Shown one piece after another: positions 17,046-27,377 of a DNA stretch of 64,000 nt (the first letter of the stretch is position 1; each line of letters begins with the position of its first letter). The stretch comes from an uncultured bacterium. Lineage in GTDB: Bacteria; Planctomycetota; Phycisphaerae; Phycisphaerales; UBA1924. The translations under genes were made by a program, and so were the position numbers. The stretch is from NCBI GenBank assembly GCA_963976235.1, contig CAXBJM010000009.1:8393-72392 (forward strand). The letters are read 5' to 3'. The notes under the pieces were generated by a model that was given only the letters and a program-made list of their open reading frames with translations, was not told the DNA's origin and did not search any database.

Positions 17046-18335
17046 ATGATGAATCGAATTATTCATGGACTAGTTTATTGGGTTGTTGGTATCGGATTGA
17101 TGATTGGCAGCGTTGGGTGTTCTTCTTCCCAATCGTTTCAGACGCATGCGGATCGGTTGTCGATTTCTCCGGTGGGCGGAGAATCGGTTGAGCTGCCTGC
17201 GGAGTTTGATGGGTATCAGGTTGTGTTGGATGTGATGCTTAATGGGACTGGGCCGCACCGGATGATTCTTGATACGGGGAGTGCGGTGTCGCAGGTTCCC
17301 CCGGAGGTTGCCAAAGCTGCGGGGATTGGAGCGAGCGGGCATGTGCGTACGCTTGATGCGCATGGGAATGTGAACAAAGAACCCATCGGGTTGGTGAGCA
17401 GTGTTGAGATTGGTGGATTAGTGGGGCACGGCGTGCCGTTCACGATTGATCGGTTGCCTGAGCGGATCGCGGAGGGACCAAAGATCATCGGGATCATCGG
17501 GTACAACATGTTTCGGAATCACACACTGACATTGGATTATCCCAATGAGCAGGTATTTGTGAGTCATGCGAGATTGGATGCAGATTCGATCGGGACGGTA
17601 CCGATGTGGTTAGAGAATGGTCGAGTGCCGTTTATTGATGGGGGGATGGTCATCCCGGGATCGAAGGGGACACTTCCTTGTGATATGTTGATCGACACGG
17701 GGAGCGGTGCTTTGCTCAACTTGTCGGGGATGCACGCACAGGTGTACAGCGACTTGGAAAACAAAGTCGAGGTTGGTGTGTCAATGTCCTCGAGTGGCAC
17801 GGTTGAACCCAATGAGTATGCGAGGTTGATCTTTGACCTTGGATTTCAGGGGATCTATGCGCGGAACCTGATGGCGATTGTGAGCCGAAGCACGAGAAGT
17901 GATTCTTCAATTGGTGGCGAGTTCATGCGTCGATTTCGGGTGAGTCTTGATCCGGTTGGTAAGCATTTTCGGGTTGAACTCTCCGACGGAAGGACAGAGA
18001 TTGATATGCCGATCTGGCGGGTCCATGGTATCGGAATTCGGCTCAATGAAGATGATCAGTTTGTGGTGCGGAGTGTTGTCGAGGGTTCACCAGCAGAACT
18101 CGGCGGGGTTCAAGAAGGGGATGTGTTGCTCGCGTTTGATGGGGTCCCTCTCACGCTTGAACCTTTTAATTGGCCGGGACCGGTGCTTGATAATTCGCTC
18201 GAGCAGCGAGCGTATCTGATTTCGCGCGATGGTGCAGAGCAAACACTTGTGCTTGCTTTCCAAGATTTCATTCCGATCCCGAAGATGAAGTTGATGTTGC
18301 GAGATGCTGCGGATCAGGGTGTGAAACAGCCTTAA
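17046..18335 (+). CDS. lipoprotein with two retropepsin-like aspartic protease lobes and a C-terminal PDZ domain
   Basis: GAGGAG precedes ATG 17046. Lipobox SVGCSSS. Two D-T-G-S motifs (ILDTGSAVS, LIDTGSGAL). PDZ-like GSPAELGGVQEGDVLLAFDG. Confidence 0.7.
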   Translation: MMNRIIHGLVYWVVGIGLMIGSVGCSSSQSFQTHADRLSISPVGGESVELPAEFDGYQVVLDVMLNGTGPHRMILDTGSAVSQVPPEVAKAAGIGASGHVRTLDAHGNVNKEPIGLVSSVEIGGLVGHGVPFTIDRLPERIAEGPKIIGIIGYNMFRNHTLTLDYPNEQVFVSHARLDADSIGTVPMWLENGRVPFIDGGMVIPGSKGTLPCDMLIDTGSGALLNLSGMHAQVYSDLENKVEVGVSMSSSGTVEPNEYARLIFDLGFQGIYARNLMAIVSRSTRSDSSIGGEFMRRFRVSLDPVGKHFRVELSDGRTEIDMPIWRVHGIGIRLNEDDQFVVRSVVEGSPAELGGVQEGDVLLAFDGVPLTLEPFNWPGPVLDNSLEQRAYLISRDGAEQTLVLAFQDFIPIPKMKLMLRDAADQGVKQP

Positions 18336-18341
18336 GAATAG

Positions 18342-18887
18342 TTAGTAGCGCAGTTGAACTGTTCGTACATGGCGACCGTCTTTGAGAAGAACCGCGTAGA
18401 AGTGGTCGAAACTCGTTTCTTTGAGGTCCTCGAATGTGGGGCCACCCAGTGCGGTGATGATGGTGGGGACGGTGTTGGAGTGGGCGATGACCAGAGTGGT
18501 GTTGGTGTCTTCGAGTGCTTTGATGGTGGTCGCGAGTCCGATTGCGTCGAGTGCGGGGTAGACGGTTGATGGGATACCGGTCGCGGCGGAAGTTGGCGCT
18601 GCGGTTTGGGAAGAGCGTAGGGTGTTGGTGACATAGATCGCGCCGAGTTCTTCGTCTTGGATCATGTTGGCGAGTGAAAGCGCGCGGGCTTGGCCCTGGG
18701 CGTTGAGGTTCGGGTTGTTGCCTGTGTTTGGAGTTGTGTCCGCATGTCGGACCACGAAAATGAGCTGGGTGGTTGCGAGATCAATGGGGTTATTGGTGAC
18801 GGGTTGTTTCTGATAAGTTGGTTGGGTGAAACCCAGGATCGCGATGATTCCAGCCGCGAGGATTCCGAAAAGAGTGATTGATTTCAT
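18342..18887 (-). CDS. histidine phosphatase family protein (SixA/PGM-like), secreted
   Basis: RHA motif in IFVVRHADT and a downstream VIAHSNTV histidine. N-terminal signal/TM. Confidence 0.7.
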   Translation of the reverse strand: MKSITLFGILAAGIIAILGFTQPTYQKQPVTNNPIDLATTQLIFVVRHADTTPNTGNNPNLNAQGQARALSLANMIQDEELGAIYVTNTLRSSQTAAPTSAATGIPSTVYPALDAIGLATTIKALEDTNTTLVIAHSNTVPTIITALGGPTFEDLKETSFDHFYAVLLKDGRHVRTVQLRY

Positions 18888-18938
18888 GTGATGGTTTCCT
18901 GTGATAAATAGGGATTGATCTTACGATTTTACCATACC

Positions 18939-19670
18939 TTAAGTGAACTTGGCACCCTTTGATTCAAAGTAACTTCCAAGTCCTTCGCGGGCAGCGTAAC
19001 TGAATTTTTTCTCTATGGATGCGGACCAGGTGTTTGGTTTGGCCCCGCGTTGTTCAAGATATGCTCTGTATGCGTCATCATACTGGTCTATGTTCGCGAT
19101 TGTTTGAGTATCGCTTGGGTATTCGTTCTCGAAGAGCATGGATTGTTGAGCAAATCGCGGACGATGTGACGGGGTCTCTGCGGGGACTCCGACGCATAGG
19201 CCGTAGAACGGGAGAACGCCTTCTGGGAGATTGAGGAGTTTGTCGAGTTGAGGCAGGTCGTTGCGGATCCCCCCGATGTAGCATGTGCCGTATCCGAGTG
19301 ATTCGAATGCGAGCGTGAAGTTCTGTGCAAAGAGTGACGCGTCGATGGATGCAACGAGAAATGCCTCTAAGCTTGATTTGTAGGGTGTGTCTGCGCGATC
19401 GAGTACGAGCATGTGTTTGCGGAGATCGCCGCAGATGATGAAGAATGCGGGGCAGTCGCGGACTTTCTGTTGTGGTCCGCACAGGTCGGCGATGACTTGG
19501 CGTTTGTCATCGTCGGTGATGTGGAGCACGCAGTATGGTTGGACTGCAGATGAGGTTGCCGCTGCTTGTCCGCAGAGCATCGCTTCGTCGATGTGTGATT
19601 GGGGTATTGGATCGTTTGTATAGGTACGGATCGATCGATGAGCTCGGATGGTTTCTATGGTTGGATTCAT
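18939..19670 (-). CDS. nfsA: oxygen-insensitive NADPH nitroreductase, NfsA-like
   Basis: The N-terminus MNPTIETIRAHRSIRTYTNDPIP aligns closely to E. coli NfsA (MTPTIELICGHRSIRHFTDEPIS). Length also matches. Confidence 0.85.
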   Translation of the reverse strand: MNPTIETIRAHRSIRTYTNDPIPQSHIDEAMLCGQAAATSSAVQPYCVLHITDDDKRQVIADLCGPQQKVRDCPAFFIICGDLRKHMLVLDRADTPYKSSLEAFLVASIDASLFAQNFTLAFESLGYGTCYIGGIRNDLPQLDKLLNLPEGVLPFYGLCVGVPAETPSHRPRFAQQSMLFENEYPSDTQTIANIDQYDDAYRAYLEQRGAKPNTWSASIEKKFSYAAREGLGSYFESKGAKFT

Positions 19671-19810
19671 GGGATAAGGGTAGGTGCGTGAGGTGATTAA
19701 GAAACTCTGAAAACATGACTGCTTGAGGATCGAGGCGCATCACTGGATGTACGCAGTGCGGGATTGGTACGGTTATGTATCAATAGATCCGTATTCAAGC
19801 AGGAGAAATC

Positions 19811-20629
19811 ATGAATACGAAGAGAACATCAGGTTGGGATGCGCCGGCAGGATCCGTTGACATCAAGACCATATTGGCGATTGCGTTCGCGGTCGGTGGA
19901 TTGTCATGGGGTGCCTATTCGATGCTCTCAGGAGGGGGACCTGAGAAGAAAAAGGAACCTCGCGTGATCGCATCAGCATTGGACAGTAATGGAAACGAGG
20001 TCGAACCCGAATACACAAAAGCGAAAAGCGCCAAGCAGGTTGGTCAGATTCAAGATGAGCTTGCAGAACTGGTTACGGATCAAGCTCGGTCAACATTGAA
20101 CGAGATTCAAGTGCCTAAGGGAGTACCTGATGGTGTGAGTGATGCGGTGATACATGCGTTCATTCCAATCTTGAGTGGTGATTACGATTCATTTACAGAC
20201 GCGATCCTCGCGATGGGTGGCAAACTGAGTGATAATCTCGATAAGGACCATCCGATTTTTACGAACTTGGCAAAGGTGTTCGAGGGCGCGAAGGTAGATT
20301 TAACTCGGATCAGTGTTTCAAAGTATGAAGCGCCTGATGGCAGACGCACACAGATGCGCCGGGAGGTGAATACCGATGATGTGGATACTCAACCAGGCAA
20401 CTCGTCGATGAGATCATCAGTGATGGAGATGCAACCTGCGTCATTGTTCCCCGATGCGCCAAGCAAGAGCGATGACACTGCGATCGAAGTCAGTATCCCG
20501 GTCCAACCCAAAGGCGAAACGAACGAAGTGATCTTTTCACTGATTCTCACTTGGAACCCCGAAGCGAGGCACTGGCAACCCGCAGCGTATCGCACGATCC
20601 GCAATATGTTGATGGAGGACGAGGGATGA
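19811..20629 (+). CDS. membrane-anchored hypothetical protein
   Basis: 272-aa ORF with one N-terminal TM helix. Its stop overlaps the start of the next gene (ATGA at 20626-20629). Confidence 0.55.
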   Translation: MNTKRTSGWDAPAGSVDIKTILAIAFAVGGLSWGAYSMLSGGGPEKKKEPRVIASALDSNGNEVEPEYTKAKSAKQVGQIQDELAELVTDQARSTLNEIQVPKGVPDGVSDAVIHAFIPILSGDYDSFTDAILAMGGKLSDNLDKDHPIFTNLAKVFEGAKVDLTRISVSKYEAPDGRRTQMRREVNTDDVDTQPGNSSMRSSVMEMQPASLFPDAPSKSDDTAIEVSIPVQPKGETNEVIFSLILTWNPEARHWQPAAYRTIRNMLMEDEG

Positions 20630-21474
20630 ACACACCATACAAAGAACATAATAGAAACAGCAGATTCAAGCGCATGCATGGTTTTACGCTGATTGAGTTG
20701 CTTGTGGTCATCGGGATCATTGGATTGTTGATCGGGATTCTTCTCCCGGCATTGTCGGGCGCAAGAAGTTCTGCGCTCCAAACTGTGGCGATGAGCAATG
20801 TACGATCGGTTGGGACACAGTTCGAGCAGTTTGCCGGTGAACGGGGTGCGTATCCGCATCAGAATCTGGGGGAACTTCCTCGGAGTTTACAGGATGAAGA
20901 GGATGTGTACGAACCTGTCGGCGATGAACTGATTATCGAGTGGTATCCGGGTGGAGTGATTATTGCGACGACGGATTACTTTGGGCATAGCTGGATGTGG
21001 CCTGCGATGATTGCGCCGCTTGATGATTGGCCTGATTACTGGGAGACATGGATATCTCCGCGTAAAGATGAAGAGTTACCAAAGCTTGAATCGATCGGGG
21101 TTGATCCTGAGTTTCGTTTCGATGAGGTTATTTCTGTTCAGTATTCCAACTCGTTTGTGACGCGTGCGAGCTATTGGAATGGCGAACAGACTTCTACGGA
21201 TTTTGATTTGCTCAGATCTACCCGGCCTCACGATGTGCGGTATGCATCGAGCAAGGTGATGCTCTGGGATGATGATCTGTCATATTTGGTTGGTAAGAAA
21301 ACACCCGAGCGGATTGATGGGTTGCTCAATGCGAAGACCCCGATGGGGTTTGCCGATGGGCACGCGGAGATGCTGTTACCGAGTGATGCGAGCGATGGGG
21401 TTGAGAATCCTATGACGCGTCAAACGATCAAGTTGCACAACACGAAGGATGGGGTGCAAGGCCGAGATTATTAA
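20626..21474 (+). CDS. prepilin-type N-terminal cleavage/methylation domain protein, DUF1559 (H-X9-DG) family
   Basis: [26 protein letters not shown] pseudopilin leader and C-terminal [10 protein letters not shown]. Confidence 0.8.
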   Translation: MNTPYKEHNRNSRFKRMHGFTLIELLVVIGIIGLLIGILLPALSGARSSALQTVAMSNVRSVGTQFEQFAGERGAYPHQNLGELPRSLQDEEDVYEPVGDELIIEWYPGGVIIATTDYFGHSWMWPAMIAPLDDWPDYWETWISPRKDEELPKLESIGVDPEFRFDEVISVQYSNSFVTRASYWNGEQTSTDFDLLRSTRPHDVRYASSKVMLWDDDLSYLVGKKTPERIDGLLNAKTPMGFADGHAEMLLPSDASDGVENPMTRQTIKLHNTKDGVQGRDY

Positions 21475-21716
21475 TCAGGATCATTCGTTGTATCTTGTAT
21501 GATCTCGTAGAATACGGATTCACCCGTATCAATGAGCCTTCGGATATATGGTCGGCACAGCGTGCAATCTGTCGAGCACTGAGTCTGTTTGCAAAGGGTA
21601 TCAAAGATAATGTGTTGATCGGTGATTCTTGATTTTTTGAGATCATCCACGATTGGTAGAAGAAGACTAAACGGGACATCGTGACAGACGCAGCGGTCGA
21701 TTTTCATCGCCGCCAA
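21471..21716 (-). CDS. BFD-like [2Fe-2S]-binding small protein
   Basis: 81 aa with a CxC...CxxC pattern (RCVCHD ... QCSTDCTLC) as in bacterioferritin-associated ferredoxin. Overlaps the upstream DUF1559 gene by 13 nt. Shares TTAA with the convergent stop at 21471-21474. Confidence 0.6.
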   Translation of the reverse strand: MAAMKIDRCVCHDVPFSLLLPIVDDLKKSRITDQHIIFDTLCKQTQCSTDCTLCRPYIRRLIDTGESVFYEIIQDTTNDPD

Positions 21717-22525
21717 CTCTCAGGGGATTGTACATATCCCGGATCGTTCAACTTCGAGATTGATCCGATCCCGTAGTGTGAGATTGTCTTCGCGTCGGGA
21801 TCGTTTGTTTCATGATTGACCGATCCATCAGCGTGTGCTGCGACCGCGGTACCCATGCTATCTCCCGTCGATTTCCGGTGCCGGAATGCGGTGGTGGGGG
21901 AAAAGTTTTCTCGCCAACCGAGCCCGGGGGTGAACAGCTCAGGCGGGTCGAGCAATGCAGAGTTTGATGGTTGTCCACTAAAAAGCATGATGAGGGTGTC
22001 TGCGAAAACAAGTTGTACCGACGGGCGATGGATGTCGGCAGTGCGGAGTGTGCGTTGGTTGTAGAGCGAGAAGTAACCGGTCGTCGATGGAGCGAGCCCG
22101 TATGCGTTGTAGCCGTAGGTTGAGGTGAAGGTGTTGGTCGACCCTTGTGTTGCGTATGACCCCTTGGGTTGGTTCGGGCATTCAAAGATCGAGGTATCGC
22201 CAGGAACAGCGCTCATGTATGGAGTGAGTGTCCCTGAGTTATGGTCGAGTGTTTGGTTTGCGATGTTTTCTGACCCATACCAGTATGTTCGGTTCACGCC
22301 CGCGGTTCGGAGGTGAGGCATTGCGTACCCCCGATGATCATCGGTGTACATAATCCAAGCGGTCACGAGTTGGCGTTGGTTGGATGTGCAGATGACTGCT
22401 TGTGCGGATTGCCGGGCGCTCCCCAGCGCCGGGAGCATGATCCCGATAAGGAGTGCAATGATCGACACAACCACGAGGAGTTCGATCAATGTGAATGCCC
22501 GAGATTGATTAGTATGTCTGATCAT
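21704..22525 (-). CDS. prepilin-type N-terminal cleavage/methylation domain protein, DUF1559 family
   Basis: [30 protein letters not shown] leader and C-terminal AHADGSVNHE. Overlaps the upstream gene by 4 nt. Confidence 0.8.
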   Translation of the reverse strand: MIRHTNQSRAFTLIELLVVVSIIALLIGIMLPALGSARQSAQAVICTSNQRQLVTAWIMYTDDHRGYAMPHLRTAGVNRTYWYGSENIANQTLDHNSGTLTPYMSAVPGDTSIFECPNQPKGSYATQGSTNTFTSTYGYNAYGLAPSTTGYFSLYNQRTLRTADIHRPSVQLVFADTLIMLFSGQPSNSALLDPPELFTPGLGWRENFSPTTAFRHRKSTGDSMGTAVAAHADGSVNHETNDPDAKTISHYGIGSISKLNDPGYVQSPESWRR

Positions 22526-24093
22526 TTGCGGAGTAGATTGATGAGCTGGTGAATGGTGATTTTGCCCTGTGTGTATTGGTGCATCAGCTGGGTGGGTGTG
22601 GGTGATTTAGAGGGTGCGAATGCATGGATTCCAGATTCTCCTGATGTGTAGATCCATGAATCGATCATCGCGGGTGTAGATCCTGCGCCGGTAAATTGTT
22701 CAATGATGAAACCCGGGTCTGTTGGGAGTTTGGTGAGATCGATCAGACTCAGGTCGGTGTTGTGTGCGAACTGAACTCCAGGTGTTCTTGCAGGAGCGGT
22801 ACCGACGACGAGCATCGGGGTGTTGTTGATATTTGTGTCAATGCTCGTGACGATTGGTTGGTGTGTCCATCCGCCGATGGAGAGGAATGATTCTCCAAAG
22901 TCCCAGATCCCATTGGCATTTGTGTCGTCGTGTGTGTCGAGTGCAGAGTCCCAGAGGATCGTAGGGGTGTTGTTTGATTGTGTGATGTATTGAATACTTG
23001 GGAGTGAGCCAAAGAAGGGAAGAAAATCGAAAGCACCGATTGGAACTCCCCCCGAAACGATCACATCTCCATTGTTCAGAACTATCGGCATCGCGTCGGT
23101 TCGATTGGTAGGAATGGACCATTGCAGTGCGCCGGATCGTTTGTTGATTTTGACGGTGTTTGCGCTGAACTGCAAACCGGTAAATGTGTAGGACGATGCG
23201 TAGAGACTACCGTGAGCGATTGAGACACCGGAGAAGAACCCCGCATTGATCGGGTTGGTAAATGTCCAGGTAGGGTCTAGTTGGGTTATTGCGGTTGCGT
23301 CGAAGGCGAGGATCTGACCTGCGGTTGATCCAGCGCTCGATGCGGTGGATACATAGATCATTCCATCAGCGTACGCGGGGGTATTGCCTGAGGAGTCGCC
23401 GATGAGGGGGGACTGCCAGATAATCTCTCCGGGCTGATATGGATTTTTGAGAGGGTTGAATGGATCGGTGTTGATGCAGGTGAGTTGAGATGGGGTGCCT
23501 CCACCGAAGGAGTAGTTGGTGACGAATGCGCGATCAGAATCTCCGAGATCTGCAGTAACGATTGGGGATGCGTTGACTGTGATACCACCGATTGGTGTTG
23601 ACCAATTTTTCATACCAGTATTGGAGTCGATTGAGATGAGTCTGTCGCTTGTTGCGATGATGAGTTGATGATTTTGGATATCAACCGCGGGGGTCGACCA
23701 AGAGTCGAGAATCGCGGGGGGGATCGGGGTTGCCCATTGGAAGTCGCCGGTCAATCGATGATAACAAACCGCGAAGCTTGAACCCGGCGCATCTGGATTG
23801 GTTGCGAGTGCGTAGATTTGTGCAGAGTCTACGACAAGTCCAGTTTGGGCGATCGGGATGTAGGTGGTTGATCCATCGCCATCACCGATCCATATGGGTG
23901 AATCGAGTGATAGGGTTTGGGTGGAAGTGCTCGCATTGCTTTGCCTGCGTGTGTTTCCACCCAGATGGGTCCAACTCGATGAGTGGTTGATTGTCTGCGG
24001 GGATTGTTGGTTCGCAGCAGGATATGAACCACTCTGAGCGCATGCACATGTGCCAACACAGGCAAGAATAAATATGTGTGAAACGCGAATCAT
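22522..24093 (-). CDS. secreted PQQ-like/BamB-like beta-propeller repeat protein
   Basis: Signal peptide from M at 24093 (MIRVSHIFILACVGTCACAQS). Repetitive W/G-rich blades (WSTPI, WQSPL, WSIP). The family call is by pattern only. Confidence 0.6.
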   Translation of the reverse strand: MIRVSHIFILACVGTCACAQSGSYPAANQQSPQTINHSSSWTHLGGNTRRQSNASTSTQTLSLDSPIWIGDGDGSTTYIPIAQTGLVVDSAQIYALATNPDAPGSSFAVCYHRLTGDFQWATPIPPAILDSWSTPAVDIQNHQLIIATSDRLISIDSNTGMKNWSTPIGGITVNASPIVTADLGDSDRAFVTNYSFGGGTPSQLTCINTDPFNPLKNPYQPGEIIWQSPLIGDSSGNTPAYADGMIYVSTASSAGSTAGQILAFDATAITQLDPTWTFTNPINAGFFSGVSIAHGSLYASSYTFTGLQFSANTVKINKRSGALQWSIPTNRTDAMPIVLNNGDVIVSGGVPIGAFDFLPFFGSLPSIQYITQSNNTPTILWDSALDTHDDTNANGIWDFGESFLSIGGWTHQPIVTSIDTNINNTPMLVVGTAPARTPGVQFAHNTDLSLIDLTKLPTDPGFIIEQFTGAGSTPAMIDSWIYTSGESGIHAFAPSKSPTPTQLMHQYTQGKITIHQLINLLRK

Positions 24094-24200
24094 TGAGTTC
24101 CTTTCGGAAAGCTTGAAACAGTTTGCTCGAGTTTCCCCGAGCAAACCGCGATCTCTCCCTGCTCCCATGAGGGATGGGAACAGAAGGGATGGGGATTTGT

Positions 24201-25037
24201 TTATGCTCGTCGGCGGCGCGTTGTGGTCAACGATCCAAATCCGATGAGCATCAATACACCCGGTGCAGGGACTACCGCGACCGCGTCGATTTCAAATGCA
24301 GTACCAGATTCGTTCAAGAATCGGACATAGTTTGCAGATGAGAGTCCGGTTGAATCGATATCGATTCCGATTCCTCCGCCTGAGCCGTTGTAGAGCGAGA
24401 CGATTTGTTCAAAGCTCAAGTTTGCAAGATCGCTCAACCCGAGTGTTGGGTCCATCGCTTGGGTGAAATCAGATTCGATCAATCCATTCGTTCCGGGTGT
24501 GGGCGAACTGAAATCGCTATATCCGAGTGTGGGGAAGAGATCAAGGAATGTGATCGCAGCGGTGTGCCATGACGTACCGTCCTGTGATACCTGGATGGTT
24601 GCTTGCCCGCCGGCACCAAAGACAAATGGGTTTGCACCGATGACACCTGTGCCGTCATTGTTCGGATCTGTATCAGACCATGAGGTATCGGCGAACCCAG
24701 AGTTGGAGAACACGATGAAATCTACGCCGAAAGCGTGGGACGCATCATTGGTGATCGTGGTTTCGAATCCAAGATCGAGGTGTCCGCCGCTGCCGATTGA
24801 GACAAGTTCGTCGGTTCCGAATGCGGGGTTGAACGGGGTGACGCCTCCGGGGAAGATGCCTTCGCCGGTAAATCGCTCGGCGGCACCAAGGGAAACCATC
24901 GCATTGGTGTACCCTGCAACAGCATTAGTACCAGCGTCGTAAGAGAGCACGGTGGTTGCAAATGGATTTGCAACTGCGCTCGCAGTGATGAGGGTGGATG
25001 TGACAGCGATTGCTGACGATGTGATGAATGCACGCAT
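24201..25037 (-). CDS. PEP-CTERM-anchored secreted protein
   Basis: Signal peptide from M at 25037. C-terminus VVPAPGVLMLIGFGSLTTTRRRRA. Confidence 0.7.
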   Translation of the reverse strand: MRAFITSSAIAVTSTLITASAVANPFATTVLSYDAGTNAVAGYTNAMVSLGAAERFTGEGIFPGGVTPFNPAFGTDELVSIGSGGHLDLGFETTITNDASHAFGVDFIVFSNSGFADTSWSDTDPNNDGTGVIGANPFVFGAGGQATIQVSQDGTSWHTAAITFLDLFPTLGYSDFSSPTPGTNGLIESDFTQAMDPTLGLSDLANLSFEQIVSLYNGSGGGIGIDIDSTGLSSANYVRFLNESGTAFEIDAVAVVPAPGVLMLIGFGSLTTTRRRRA

Positions 25038-25500
25038 GTGCTTCTCTCTTTCTTGGTGCTTTCGCGGCACCAGAAGTACCTGTGTAGATACACAGACTTC
25101 CCGATGAACAAATCATCGGTCCAAGCGTTGAGAAAGAGATGGTGGGGAGGGTTCGCTTGGGAAGATGGGCGAACAAGTCCACCAACCCCAGATCGCGAGG
25201 GCCGACATAACTGTTCAAGGCAGGTCTTCCGGCTTTGGGCTCTGCATGCTCGGCCTTCCCGTACATGAATCCAAAGAATCATGTGCCAGTGGCGTGCATC
25301 TCACTGGAAAGTGGATGCGTAGAGCAGACATCAATGCCCATTACGGCGGCGCGTCCGCGGCGGCTTTTCACCGCACTTCCCTTTTCACCCGGATTGAAAC
25401 AACTCCCCGGGCACCAAGAACAGACAAAGCCTAGCAGTTGGGAATACCCGAAGCAAGTAGGGCGAAAAATGACTGATAGGAGTCAATAATCAATGCTTCC

Positions 25501-26967
25501 ATGATTGAAACAGAACTCCAAGCAATTCTCCAATCCCGATTCAGACTCGAATCTCTGCGCCCGCTTCAACAGGAGATCATCGAACGGGTGATGAATGGTG
25601 GCGATGCGCTGGTGGTGATGCCGACAGGGTCGGGGAAATCTCTGTGTTTCCAGTTGCCCGCGATTGCGATGCGTGAGGAATCAGGTGGTGAAGGGGTTGG
25701 GTTGGTGTTCTCGCCTTTGATTGCGTTGATGGAAGACCAGGTCGCGGCGCTCCGCAAGAAGGGGATCAAAGCATCATTTGTCAACTCTACCGTACGCAAG
25801 CAAGAACGACTCAAACGATACAATAAACTCGCAGCAGGTGAGTATGAGTTGTTCTATGCGACCCCTGAGCGCATGGAGAAACCGGATTTTCGTCAGGCAT
25901 TAGATCAGGTGCCCGGTGGGGTGAATTTGCTTGCGATTGATGAGTGCCATTGCGTCACCAAGTGGGGGCATGATCTGCGTCCTGCGTATCAGAAAATCGG
26001 TCAGTTCCGCAAAGAGTTGGGTGATCCGATTACGATCGCGTTGACTGCAACCGCGACCAAACCGGTGCGTGAGGATATCCGCACGGTGCTCGGGCTTGAT
26101 CTCGATGAGATGCCTTTGTATGCAGCGCCGGTCGATCGTCCGAATCTGAAACTGAGTTCGAGCGTGGTCTGGGATGATGGGGAGAAGATCGATCATATCA
26201 AAGCGATTGCGAGCAAGACCAATGCGACTGGAATTGTGTATTTCACGCTCATTAAGAATCTAGAGCAGATGGCGGATCGATTGCAAGAAGCGATGCCCGG
26301 CCGCGAAATCGAGATTTATCATGGTCGATTGCATCCAAGAGAACGCACACGAGTGTATGACCGGTTTATAGAATCGGGTCCAGATGATGGATTGATCCTG
26401 CTTGCGACCAATGCATTTGGGATGGGTGTTGATAAGCCCGATCTTCGATACATTGTACATGGGCAGATACCCGCGTCGATCGAGGCGTATCACCAAGAGG
26501 TCGGACGAGCAGGACGCGATGGCGAAGATTCGATCTGTGAGCTTTTGTATTGTCAGGATGATCTCGCGATTCAGCAAGAGTTCATCCGCTGGCAGAATCC
26601 AAGTGCAGATTTCTTAATGTCCGTGATGAGTGCGATCGAAGCGAGGTATATGGAAGATGATTTCGATGACGATGATCTTCGGTTGATGGTGATCGGGAAA
26701 GGGCACGCCCACGGCATGGGTGGTGGGATCATGGACTATGCGCTGATCCGATTGGCAGAACTCGGTGCAATTGAACTCACGAGTATTCGCTCAGAATCCG
26801 GGGGGCGTGGACGCTATCGGTTCTTGCGGTCCCTCGAAGATGACGAGATTGAACCGCAGTTGATCGAGGAAAAACGCCAAAGAGACCTGATGCGGCTGTT
26901 GGATGTTGTGAAGTTGACCAAAGCAGACTCAATCCCCGAGTATGTCTCGGACTACTTCGATCTTTAA
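25501..26967 (+). CDS. recQ: RecQ-family ATP-dependent DNA helicase (short form, no HRDC)
   Basis: Motif I MPTGSGKSLCFQLP, DECH box (LAIDECHCVTKWGHDLRPAY), TATAT, and motif VI YHQEVGRAGRDG. Confidence 0.9.
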   Translation: MIETELQAILQSRFRLESLRPLQQEIIERVMNGGDALVVMPTGSGKSLCFQLPAIAMREESGGEGVGLVFSPLIALMEDQVAALRKKGIKASFVNSTVRKQERLKRYNKLAAGEYELFYATPERMEKPDFRQALDQVPGGVNLLAIDECHCVTKWGHDLRPAYQKIGQFRKELGDPITIALTATATKPVREDIRTVLGLDLDEMPLYAAPVDRPNLKLSSSVVWDDGEKIDHIKAIASKTNATGIVYFTLIKNLEQMADRLQEAMPGREIEIYHGRLHPRERTRVYDRFIESGPDDGLILLATNAFGMGVDKPDLRYIVHGQIPASIEAYHQEVGRAGRDGEDSICELLYCQDDLAIQQEFIRWQNPSADFLMSVMSAIEARYMEDDFDDDDLRLMVIGKGHAHGMGGGIMDYALIRLAELGAIELTSIRSESGGRGRYRFLRSLEDDEIEPQLIEEKRQRDLMRLLDVVKLTKADSIPEYVSDYFDL

Positions 26968-27032
26968 GCAGTTCGGGTCTATCATCAAAACCACGAAAAG
27001 TAATCTGAATCCAATCTGCGAAAGGACACGCA

Positions 27033-27362
27033 ATGAGCGAACCAATCACCGAAGTTATCATCGAAGACCTCACCGTTGGCGAAGGCGACGAATGCCAACC
27101 GGGCGCAACGGTCAATGTACACTACAAGGGTGAACTCATGGACGGCACCGTCTTTGACTCATCACACGGCGGCAGTTCGATCAACTTCCCGCTGAACAAC
27201 CTCATTCAAGGATGGCAAGAAGGCATCCCCGGAATGAAGGTCGGCGGGAAGCGCAAGCTCACCATCCCGTACATGAAAGCCTATGGCGAAGCAGGCGCAG
27301 GCGGGGCAATCCCACCAAAGGCAGATCTGATCTTCGAGATCGATCTCCTCGGCGTGAGCTAA
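27033..27362 (+). CDS. FKBP-type peptidyl-prolyl cis-trans isomerase
   Basis: VHYKGELMDGTVFDSS ... IQGWQEGIPGMKVGGKRKLTIP ... LIFEIDLLGV. Confidence 0.9.
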   Translation: MSEPITEVIIEDLTVGEGDECQPGATVNVHYKGELMDGTVFDSSHGGSSINFPLNNLIQGWQEGIPGMKVGGKRKLTIPYMKAYGEAGAGGAIPPKADLIFEIDLLGVS

Positions 27363-27377
27363 TCGAAAATACAGACT

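Noticed and set aside
15294-18335. Idea that the SIR2-like gene, K+ channel and aspartic protease form one horizontally acquired multi-gene island
   Set aside because: Only the SIR2-like gene is AT-rich. The channel and protease samples have flank-like G+C. No integrase, transposase or direct repeats bound the region. The idea is kept only as a low-interest adjacency finding.
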